Source: Crocosphaera subtropica ATCC 51142 (GTDB lineage Bacteria > Cyanobacteriota > Cyanobacteriia > Cyanobacteriales > Microcystaceae). From it: DNA of 32,000 nucleotides. Shown here in pieces: positions 1 through 7,791 of the stretch. The stretch covers positions 270,001 through 302,000 of the forward strand of contig NC_010546.1 of NCBI RefSeq assembly GCF_000017845.1, read 5' to 3'. Both the position numbers and the translations under genes were made by a program. Positions within the stretch are counted from its first letter, which is position 1. Each line of letters begins with the position of its first letter. The notes below the pieces were generated by a model that made no database searches, had not been told where the DNA came from, and worked only from the letters and a program-made list of their open reading frames with translations.

Positions 1-298
1 GTTCTTTCATCACCTGAACCAGCACTTTTTGTTGTGGCGTTAGAAGTTCTGTGATAGCACCGGCACTGCGTTTGAGGCGCAAGGGTCCTAAGTCGGTGAC
101 GTGGATAAAGCCGTTTCGTTCTGCGTCCCCAATGTTAACAAAGGCAGCATCAATACCTGGGATGACGTTTTCAACGACCCCTAAAAAAATGTCGCTGACT
201 TGTTGGTTTCCTGTGGCAACCACTAATTCTTGTATTTGATCTTCCCAAAATACGGCAGCAATGTGGTGTTGTTCTGCGATAATAATTTGTTTTGGCAT
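1..298 (-). CDS. rne: Ribonuclease E/G, N-terminal ~99 codons (gene runs off the window start)
   Basis: Absent from the supplied ORF track because there is no stop in the window. The reverse complement starts at ATG (298-296) and reads MPKQIIIAEQHHIAAVFWEDQIQELVVATGNQQVSDIFLGVVENVIPGIDAAFVNIGDAERNGFIHVTDLGPLRLKRSAG..., the S1-domain N-terminus characteristic of RNase E/G. Confidence 0.8.
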   Translation of the reverse strand, partial: MPKQIIIAEQHHIAAVFWEDQIQELVVATGNQQVSDIFLGVVENVIPGIDAAFVNIGDAERNGFIHVTDLGPLRLKRSAGAITELLTPQQKVLVQVMKE

Positions 299-1034
299 TC
301 AATTCCCTCAAACTTTTGTAAGAGACGATGACAGGTTAGAATTCCTGGATTCGGTGTTTAAATTGGTTGAAAAACTGTTTACAGTCAAACATTTCGACAT
401 ATCAAGTCAAGTGAAAACGGTAGTGAACTCGACTCATTTGTATCCTTAACCTAATGTCAGTGGGCTAATGGTACTGACTTGTTCCACCAGGGGAAATAAC
501 TTGATGTTTTAGGGTGTCTCTACCCGTTTCACAACAAGATGGTTTATTCAATATTTTGGAAAATCCTCAGGAATAAACTTGCGCTTCGTTGACATTATAT
601 ATTTAATACGCTGTCTAGGTGGATAGTTATGAGTTGATAACCTTGATAAAGACGTTAGTGTTTTATCGGCTTTTTTGATTAAACTGATTAATCATGTTTG
701 ATTAATCTTTAAATGTTGTGTTTTTTGCTCATCACCCTAAGGAATAGGGAGAGGTGATTGCCTTTTGTTTTAGGCTTGGACACAACTATCTACTATTTTA
801 ACCCGAATATAACCTAAAAGCTATATCTTTGACAAGAGTGGGTGATATTACTGAGAAAGTTTAAACTGTCAAGGGGCTTCACCTGGGATAAATCCGTAAA
901 AATAACGCTACTTTATGCTAAATCTCAGTTAATATATCTCTCTCTTAATTATGACCCTATTCCCTGAAATTATATAATCATGCCCATTGACCAAAGCACT
1001 TTTTCACTGGTATCCTCATAAGAAATATATCATT

Positions 1035-1622
1035 ATGTTAAAAGTTATTAAGGATGCGAGGATGATTAAATTAAGACTATATGAACTTCAACAAAGGTAT
1101 GCCTTAGGAAATAGAGAATTTACTAACGTTGATCTCAGTGGTTTAGACTTAAGTGGACTTAATCTAAAAAATATCAATTTTCAAGGGGCTATTTTACAAG
1201 GGACTAATTTACAAGGGACTAATCTAGAAAGAGCAAATTTTAAAGGGACTAATCTGACTAATTGTAATCTTTATCGAGCTAATCTTTATGGGGCTAATTT
1301 GAATTATACTAACTTAGTTTATTCTAATTTGAAAGAAGCTAATTTTCATCGAAGTATTATAGAAAATTCTTGTCTAGATTATGTGTGTTTAGAAAGAACT
1401 GATTTCAGTGAAGCCCATTTACGCACTTTATCTGTAGAAGGCACTCAATTAACTAAAACTGACTTAACAGATGCTACTCTGATTGATGTTAATTTAAGTC
1501 AAGCTTATCTTTCTGAAATTTATTATAGTCAATTAACTAAATTATGTAATTGTTTTCAAGTAGAAGCGATATCTGATCAGTTTTTTGATGATATAAATAA
1601 GGAGATGGAATTCGCAGTTTAG
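1035..1622 (+). CDS. Pentapeptide-repeat protein
   Basis: Long run of A(D/N)LxX pentapeptides (DLSGLDLSGLNLKNINFQGAILQGTNLQGTNLERANFKGTNLTNCNLYRANLYGANL...). The track ORF begins at TTG 987. In-frame ATGs at 1035 and 1062 (the latter preceded by GAGG) are more plausible starts, so the start is uncertain. Confidence 0.75.
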   Translation: MLKVIKDARMIKLRLYELQQRYALGNREFTNVDLSGLDLSGLNLKNINFQGAILQGTNLQGTNLERANFKGTNLTNCNLYRANLYGANLNYTNLVYSNLKEANFHRSIIENSCLDYVCLERTDFSEAHLRTLSVEGTQLTKTDLTDATLIDVNLSQAYLSEIYYSQLTKLCNCFQVEAISDQFFDDINKEMEFAV

Positions 1623-1650
1623 CTCATAGTATTGTCAAAAATTTAGTCAA

Positions 1651-2817
1651 TTAATTCCTAATAGTTGCTTGACGTAAAGATTTAATTGTATCAAGAACCC
1701 TTTGCCCTACCTTATCAATTTCCTGGCTAGTTGTAAACCTTCCTAAGCCAAATCTCAAGGACGCATAAGCCAGTTTATCCGAATGTCCTAACGCTTTGAG
1801 AACATGGGATGGTTTTGTTGTTGTTGAGGTACAAGCAGAACCAGAAGACAAAGCAACAATTCCTTGTAACCCTAATAATAAAGCAGCCCCGTCTACTGCT
1901 TCTATACTAACATTGAGATTCCCTGCTAAACGTTGTGTTAGGTGTCCATTCAGATGAACTCCTTCTAGGTTTAAAAGTTGTTCCTGAAGTTGATTTCTAA
2001 GTTCACTCTGACGTTTATTTTCTGTTTCTATTTCTGCTAATGCTAGTTCAATAGCTTTCGCAAATCCAACAATTTGAGGGGTATATAATGTTCCTGATCT
2101 AATGGATTTTTCTTGTCCTCCTCCGTGTAGTTGCGGGGCAATATTGACTCTAGGATTACGACGACGAATATATAAAGCACCAATTCCTTTTGGTCCATAA
2201 ACTTTATGACCAGTTAAGGATAATAAATGGATGTTCATCTCTTGAACGTCTAAAGGAATTTTACCGATCGCTTGGGCTGCATCGCTATGAAATAAGACTT
2301 GATTCTTTTGACAAATTTCTCCGATTTCTTTCAAAGGTTGAAGGACACCAATTTCATTATTGGCTGCCATAACTGACACTAAAATTGTTTCGGGACGAAA
2401 ACTTTTTTCCAATAATTCTAAATCAATTAATCCATCTTTTTTAACGGGAAGATAGGTGATTTCAAAGCCCAATTGTTCTAAATATTGACAGGGATCTAAA
2501 ACGGCACGATGTTCCGTTTGAACAGTAATTATATGTTGTCCTTGATTAAAATAAGCTTCAGCAATGCCTTTGATGGCTAAATTATTTGCTTCCGTTGCTC
2601 CACTGGTAAAAATAATTTCTTCGGGACTACAATTAATGGCATTAGCAATAGTTGTTCTTGCTTTTTTTACGGATGCTTCTGCTTCCCAACCATAGAGATG
2701 ATTGACACTTGAAGGGTTACCAAAATGTTCCGTAAAATAAGGTAACATTACCTCTAATACTCTTTTATCCATTGGGGTTGTTGCATGACAATCTAAATAA
2801 ATGGGACGTTGAGACAT
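1651..2817 (-). CDS. iscS: Cysteine desulfurase, group I (IscS/NifS-like, PLP-dependent)
   Basis: 388 aa. N-terminus IYLDCHATTP, PLP-lysine motif SLTGHKVYGPKG, and active-site loop SSGSACTS typical of IscS/NifS-type desulfurases. Confidence 0.85.
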   Translation of the reverse strand: MSQRPIYLDCHATTPMDKRVLEVMLPYFTEHFGNPSSVNHLYGWEAEASVKKARTTIANAINCSPEEIIFTSGATEANNLAIKGIAEAYFNQGQHIITVQTEHRAVLDPCQYLEQLGFEITYLPVKKDGLIDLELLEKSFRPETILVSVMAANNEIGVLQPLKEIGEICQKNQVLFHSDAAQAIGKIPLDVQEMNIHLLSLTGHKVYGPKGIGALYIRRRNPRVNIAPQLHGGGQEKSIRSGTLYTPQIVGFAKAIELALAEIETENKRQSELRNQLQEQLLNLEGVHLNGHLTQRLAGNLNVSIEAVDGAALLLGLQGIVALSSGSACTSTTTKPSHVLKALGHSDKLAYASLRFGLGRFTTSQEIDKVGQRVLDTIKSLRQATIRN

Positions 2818-2928
2818 AAAATTAATTTTAAGTTGATTATTTTAACTTCTTTTATTTTAACAAAAATTCTAGTTTTCAGTGAGTTATCTAAAACGTATTT
2901 TTTAGGATTAAAAATGAATTTCATTCCT

Positions 2929-3756
2929 TCATTCCTGATCTATGTTAACTGAGTTTAAAACTGGCTCAGAATTAAGGGATAAAAACCCTAAAGGATTACT
3001 CATATTTTCAGCAAAACCAAGAATCCCTTGATCTCGATGTTCATATAATAAATTACCCTTTTGATCAAATAGAAAGGTTGCTCCTCTTTGAGTTAAATAA
3101 GCACCATTCGGAACATAAGTTTTCCAGTTACTTAATACTTCAGTCATATTTCGTAATCTTAAGGTTGCCAACTCAAACGGCCGCTGAAATCCTTTTCCTC
3201 CTGCTAAGTTAAAAAATGATCCTTTAAGAGGAGGTAGAAGCTTAGTATCGACGACCTCTTGATCTGTAATTAATTGTGGTGCTTTTTTATCTCCTGTATA
3301 TCCTCTCAACACTTCTTTAAGGGTTCCTTTACTGGCAATTCCTGCACACATGAGCATTAAATTGACCCAAGCATTTTGACCCTCATTGAGTCCTGGTATA
3401 TTCCAGGATAATCCTTCATATAAACCTAATGTTTTATGGATATTAGCATCAGGATCAACAAATAAGTTTTCTTGGGGAAAGCTTGTATAATCACAAAATT
3501 TTAGTCCTGATTCACGATTACCAATACCAATAGCTTGGACAAGTATATTATTAGCCATAAGTTCCGAGGATTTTTGGTTTAACCACCAAGCATATTCAAG
3601 GGTATCAAAATCCCCTAATTGCGAAAAAATCATTATTAATAAACGAGAATATGATTGAGAATTAGGCCAGAAGGGTACAATTTTACCATCTCTAACCCGT
3701 AAAGCTTTGGTTTCTTTTAAACAGTCAAAAACTTTCATTCTTTTGTTTCGATTCAT
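2929..3756 (-). CDS. Peroxiredoxin-like (AhpC/TSA_2-type thioredoxin-fold) protein lacking the redox cysteines
   Basis: 275 aa. My recollection of the AhpC/TSA-like family layout places the active-site position at FSQLGDFDTLEY, where Cys residues are expected. Family assignment from memory only. The start could be the internal Met at codon 7. Confidence 0.55.
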   Translation of the reverse strand: MNRNKRMKVFDCLKETKALRVRDGKIVPFWPNSQSYSRLLIMIFSQLGDFDTLEYAWWLNQKSSELMANNILVQAIGIGNRESGLKFCDYTSFPQENLFVDPDANIHKTLGLYEGLSWNIPGLNEGQNAWVNLMLMCAGIASKGTLKEVLRGYTGDKKAPQLITDQEVVDTKLLPPLKGSFFNLAGGKGFQRPFELATLRLRNMTEVLSNWKTYVPNGAYLTQRGATFLFDQKGNLLYEHRDQGILGFAENMSNPLGFLSLNSEPVLNSVNIDQE

Positions 3757-3908
3757 GGTGCTAAGATAAGCTAAAATAGATGTCTATTATATCTATTTAT
3801 ATCCTAAGTTTCAAAAGCTATTTTCATTAATCTTTTAGATTGAAGAGTTCCTGATGGCCATAGTATGGGGTATTCTGAGAAAAAGCAGCTTATTAACTCA
3901 AGGTTTTT

Positions 3909-4400
3909 ATGGAACATAAACGTAGAAAAGAAGAACAAAAACCTTCATTAATTATTGGATGGCGAGAATGGTTAGATTTACCCGAATTAGGAATTGCTGA
4001 AATTAAAGCTAAAATAGATACAGGGGCCAGAACATCAGCCTTACACGCTTTTCATGTCAAAGAATTTCAAAAAAATGGTCAAAAAATGGTGCATTTCCAG
4101 GTTCACCCTTATCAAAAAGATACTCATAATACAGTAACTTGTGAAGCTGAAATATTAGAATGGCGACACGTTACCAACTCAGGGGGACACCAACAATATC
4201 GCCCTGTTATTTTAACCCCTATCGAAATTGCAGGACAAGTGTGGAAGATTGAATTAACCTTAACCAATAGAGATGTAATGGGGTTTCGGATGTTATTAGG
4301 AAGAGAAGCTGTTCGTCAAAGGTTTTTAGTTGATCCTGGGGCCTCTTTTTTACTCTCTGATTCAAAAATAAAAAGACATAAGAAAACAGCCCATTCCTAA
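3909..4400 (+). CDS. Retropepsin-like 'ATP-dependent zinc protease' family protein (RimK-associated / DUF785 type)
   Basis: 163 aa. IGWREWLDLPELGI...KIDTGARTSALHA contains the D-T-G-A aspartic protease signature and the N-terminal pattern of Pfam Zn_protease (PF05618). Confidence 0.7.
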   Translation: MEHKRRKEEQKPSLIIGWREWLDLPELGIAEIKAKIDTGARTSALHAFHVKEFQKNGQKMVHFQVHPYQKDTHNTVTCEAEILEWRHVTNSGGHQQYRPVILTPIEIAGQVWKIELTLTNRDVMGFRMLLGREAVRQRFLVDPGASFLLSDSKIKRHKKTAHS

Positions 4401-4497
4401 ACGATGAAACTTAAAGTTCAGTGGAAATTTTAGAACAAGTATCGTCAATTTATGGAATGATAAAAGAAGCAAGGAACTAACTTAAACAATCTAATCA

Positions 4498-5292
4498 ATG
4501 TTAGCTAAAAGAATCTTACCCTGTTTAGATGTCAACGCCGGCCGTGTGGTTAAAGGAGTCAATTTTGTCGATCTACAAGATGCAGGAGATCCTGTAGAAC
4601 TAGCGAAAGTCTATAATGATGCAGGGGCTGATGAATTAGTCTTTTTAGATATTACCGCCACCCATGAACAACGGGATACCATCATTGATGTGGTTTACCG
4701 TACTGCGGAAGTGGTATTTATCCCCTTAACAGTGGGAGGAGGCATCTCAACCTTAGAGCAAATTAAACTTTTGTTAAGAGCCGGTGCTGATAAAGTGAGT
4801 GTTAATTCATCTGCTGTCAAAAATCCTAGCTTTATTAATCAGGCCAGCGATCGCTTTGGAAAACAGTGTATCGTGGTTGCGATCGATGCAAAACGCCGTA
4901 ATGACCCTAATAGACCTGGTTGGGATGTGTATATTCGGGGAGGAAGGGAAAATACGGGCTTAGATGCCGTAAAATGGGCAGTGGAAATGGAAAAAAGAGG
5001 GGCAGGGGAACTGTTAATTACCAGTATGGACGCAGACGGAACCCAGGCCGGTTATGACTTAGACTTAACCCGTACCATTGCCGAACAAGTGGAAATTCCG
5101 GTTATTGCTTCAGGAGGTGCCGGAAATTGCCAGCATATCTATGAAGCCTTGACAGAAGGAAAAGCAGAAGCAGCTTTACTGGCTTCTTTGCTCCATTATG
5201 GACAATTAACCATTGCTGAAGTCAAAAATTACCTAAGCCATCGCAAAATTCCCGTTCGCAGTAGCCTTGAACACACCTTTAGAAAACCTTAA
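4498..5292 (+). CDS. hisF: Imidazole glycerol phosphate synthase, cyclase subunit
   Basis: 264 aa. [23 protein letters not shown]...[10 protein letters not shown]...GADKVSVNS...IASGGAG, the canonical HisF (beta/alpha)8 motifs. Confidence 0.95.
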   Translation: MLAKRILPCLDVNAGRVVKGVNFVDLQDAGDPVELAKVYNDAGADELVFLDITATHEQRDTIIDVVYRTAEVVFIPLTVGGGISTLEQIKLLLRAGADKVSVNSSAVKNPSFINQASDRFGKQCIVVAIDAKRRNDPNRPGWDVYIRGGRENTGLDAVKWAVEMEKRGAGELLITSMDADGTQAGYDLDLTRTIAEQVEIPVIASGGAGNCQHIYEALTEGKAEAALLASLLHYGQLTIAEVKNYLSHRKIPVRSSLEHTFRKP

Positions 5293-5364
5293 TTTTCTCA
5301 CTAATGCGTTGTCAGCTAAGGATTGTGTATTAAAATAGAAAGAAAAGTTAACATTTTTTAAAAT

Positions 5365-5556
5365 ATGTTGATACCTATTTTAATATTCGACGTTGCCTTA
5401 GTTGCTTGGTCGCTGCATTTGATGCAGGAAGCTATCGAACAGCAAGAGTTTTCCCTGATGTTAGCAGGAACCCTAGTGGCCTTAGCTGCTGCTGCTATGC
5501 TAGTGGTCTATTTTCTCATGGGTCATTGCTTAACTTACTTGACAACTGTTGCTTAA
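5365..5556 (+). CDS. Small hypothetical membrane protein (two predicted TM helices)
   Basis: 63 aa ORF with two hydrophobic stretches (ILIFDVALVAWSL and LAGTLVALAAAAMLVVYFL). No recognisable family and no clear SD. Confidence 0.4.
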   Translation: MLIPILIFDVALVAWSLHLMQEAIEQQEFSLMLAGTLVALAAAAMLVVYFLMGHCLTYLTTVA

Positions 5557-5616
5557 TGTGTTATACAAGTTTTATAATAAAAAGCTTAAAAAAATTTTAT
5601 CCAATTCCAATTAAAA

Positions 5617-5710
5617 GACTCGGAGTCCACGCCTATCACAAGCATCCCGTATTGCTGCTACCTTCCGGTCCTGACAAGGTTTGGGCGTTGTAATTGCGTA
5701 GGTCCGAGTC
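5617..5710 (-). ncRNA. ffs: Signal recognition particle RNA (4.5S / SRP RNA, small bacterial type)
   Basis: The minus-strand RNA is GACUCGGACC...UUGUCAGGACCGGAAGGUAGCAGCAAUACGGGAUG...GGACUCCGAGUC. It carries the conserved domain IV (GUCAGGnCCGGAAGGnAGCAGC with a GGAA tetraloop, compare E. coli GGUCAGGUCCGGAAGGAAGCAGCC). The 8-bp terminal stem is GACUCGGA/UCCGAGUC and is followed by UUUU. Ends are approximate, within a few nt. Confidence 0.8.
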
Positions 5711-5746
5711 ACTTATTAGCATAACATAAAAATACCTAAATGATGA

Positions 5747-6043
5747 TTACTCTTCATCAGTATTGAGAATCTGGGGGACTCTGAAAAAGTCTCCTTCAGG
5801 GTTTGGGGCTTCGTTTAATAAAGCGTCTCGATCATGATAAAGTTCAAAACTATCCTGACGGGTTATATTACTGAGTTCGATGGCACGAGTTGTCGGGGGT
5901 ACATTCTCCGTATCTAACTCACTTAACTGCTCAAAGTAGTCTAAAATATCGCTGAGTTGATCGGCAAACTTTTCTTCTTCTTCTGAGGTAATATCCAAAC
6001 GAGCTAAATGAGCGATCTTCTGGACTTGTTGGCGATCTAACAT
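5747..6043 (-). CDS. gatC: Asp-tRNA(Asn)/Glu-tRNA(Gln) amidotransferase subunit C
   Basis: 98 aa. [52 protein letters not shown] matches the GatC family pattern. Confidence 0.9.
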   Translation of the reverse strand: MLDRQQVQKIAHLARLDITSEEEEKFADQLSDILDYFEQLSELDTENVPPTTRAIELSNITRQDSFELYHDRDALLNEAPNPEGDFFRVPQILNTDEE

Positions 6044-6216
6044 AAATAAAAATTCCTGTAATTGGATTTAGTGATATCTTGCACCAGTGCGGAAAATCTC
6101 AAGAATAAAAGAAAGAAACTCAATTCTCAAGCAGTGACAGTCAAAATAAACACTATTCCCCGTTCCTTGTTCCCTTTCTAAACTAGCTAGTTTAATCGAA
6201 GGTGCAAGATATGAGT

Positions 6217-6738
6217 TTAGAAAAAGACATCCATTTCTGAGCGTCCCGTAATTTTTAGCCAATTTTGGGCTTCTATATAGTTATTAGGAGCAAGACGGAT
6301 AGCCTGTTTCCAATATTCGGCCGCTTTATCAAACAGGGCTTCTGCTTCGTTGGTATTGCCTTCGGATTTAGCTTTTTCTCCCTGATAGTGGTAAATCACA
6401 GCAATATTATTCAAAGCTGAGGGCATTTGCGGGTTTAAGTCCACTGCTTGTTCATAATAGTCGAGGGCTTTGGCGTGTTCTCCGTTACTGGCGTGGATAA
6501 TGCCAATATTGTAAAGAATATAACTGCGATCGTTGGCATCCTCTTCTAGTTTAAGTGCCTCATAATAATTATCTAAAGCTTCAGCATATTCACCGTCTGC
6601 TTGGGCTGACATACCGTCTCGATAATAGACAAAAGCTTCCTTTGCCTTTTTGTTAGCGGGCAGCATTTTGAGGATAATATCTGCCATTACAGTAAAGCTT
6701 TTATCGATAAAATTATCATTCCGTTGGGTTCTAGGCAT
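6217..6738 (-). CDS. ycf3: Photosystem I assembly protein Ycf3 (TPR protein)
   Basis: 173 aa. [24 protein letters not shown]...[51 protein letters not shown], the highly conserved Ycf3 sequence. Confidence 0.93.
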
Positions 6739-6900
6739 AGATTTGACGTTGAAGACAAAATAGTATCCTTATCCTATCAAAATTTTACCAAACATCTAGA
6801 CAAACTAGGTTTAGCTAACATAGCATCTGACGCAATATTAATTTTAGTAAAGAAAACCAATAAATCATTAAGTCAATGCGATCGGTGATCGAGAATTAAA

Positions 6901-7725
6901 TTAACCTTTAACACCGCTTCCTGTCTCTGTGGGAATAATATACCGTTGCAAAAACACAAATAAAAGGATAACCGGAACAATAGAAATAATTGATCCTGCA
7001 GCGATCAATCGCCAGTCTAAATCTAACGCACTAGCTAATTTAGCGACTCCTAAAGGCAGAGTATAGTATTCAGGGCGATCTAAAACAATTAAAGGCCATA
7101 AAAAGTCACTCCAGGAACCAATAAAGACAAAAATAGCTAAAGTAACCAAAGCAGGACGGATCGAGGGTATCATAATATGCCACCAGATCCCTAACTCTGA
7201 ACAACCATCAATTCTTGCTGCTTCTTCTAACTCCTTGGGAACCCCTTGAAAGGCTTGACGTAAGAGAAAAATTCCGAAAGCAGAGGCTAAACTGGGAAAA
7301 ATTACCCCTAAATAAGTATTGCGTAATCCTAACTGTACGGTGAGAATGTACAACGGGATCATCACAATTTGAAAAGGAATCATAATGGTGGCGATCACCG
7401 CAGCAAAAATGCTGTCTCGTCCCCAAAAATTAAGTCTTGCCAAAGGATAAGCGGCCAAGGAACAAAAAAGTAGATTTAAACCCACTGTTAACACAGCAAT
7501 TAAGGTACTATTTCCTAAGTATCGCCCAAAAGGATAGGTCTGCCAAACAATACGGAAGTTTTCCCAGGTCGGTTGGGTGGGCAACCAAGTGGTAAAAATA
7601 TCTTCGTTTGGAGATTTAAAAGCGGTACTGAGTAACCACAGTAAGGGAAACAACATGGCTACCGCTATCACAGTTAATAGTAAATAGAGGCCAAAACGTT
7701 GAATCAAAGATTTTTGGTTCATCAT
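6901..7725 (-). CDS. Carbohydrate ABC transporter permease (MalG/binding-protein-dependent inner-membrane component)
   Basis: 274 aa, about 6 hydrophobic segments. EAA-type loop LRQAFQGVPKELEEAARIDGCS typical of CUT1 sugar permeases. No partner subunits in the window. Confidence 0.8.
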   Translation of the reverse strand: MMNQKSLIQRFGLYLLLTVIAVAMLFPLLWLLSTAFKSPNEDIFTTWLPTQPTWENFRIVWQTYPFGRYLGNSTLIAVLTVGLNLLFCSLAAYPLARLNFWGRDSIFAAVIATIMIPFQIVMIPLYILTVQLGLRNTYLGVIFPSLASAFGIFLLRQAFQGVPKELEEAARIDGCSELGIWWHIMIPSIRPALVTLAIFVFIGSWSDFLWPLIVLDRPEYYTLPLGVAKLASALDLDWRLIAAGSIISIVPVILLFVFLQRYIIPTETGSGVKG

Positions 7726-7791
7726 CGAGAATTGTAGCCAAAAGAAATTAATTTTGTGTACTTATTTATAACACCTAGGCTACACTTTAAC

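Noticed and set aside
261-449. 62-aa plus-strand ORF from the track
   Set aside because: It overlaps the rne start codon in antisense. It has no recognisable motifs, an odd Cys/Phe-rich N-terminus and no SD. It is most likely a chance ORF in the rne leader.
1140-1340. DNA-level near-repeats (GGGACTAAT... units) that might suggest a tandem repeat or CRISPR-like array
   Set aside because: They are in frame and simply encode consecutive pentapeptide repeats (GTNLQ/GTNLE/GTNLT). There is no spacer/repeat organisation.
5406-5693. 95-aa plus-strand ORF
   Set aside because: It overlaps the better-supported 63-aa membrane ORF in another frame. It also runs antisense across the SRP RNA gene. Its sequence is Cys/Ser-rich and not protein-like.
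6068-6262. 64-aa minus-strand ORF in the ycf3-gatC spacer
   Set aside because: It overlaps the 3' end of ycf3 out of frame and spans the inverted-repeat-bracketed spacer. There is no family resemblance.
6901-7725. Lone sugar ABC permease as a possible remnant or pseudogenised transporter
   Set aside because: The ORF is intact and full length. Dispersed ABC transporter subunits are common in cyanobacterial genomes.
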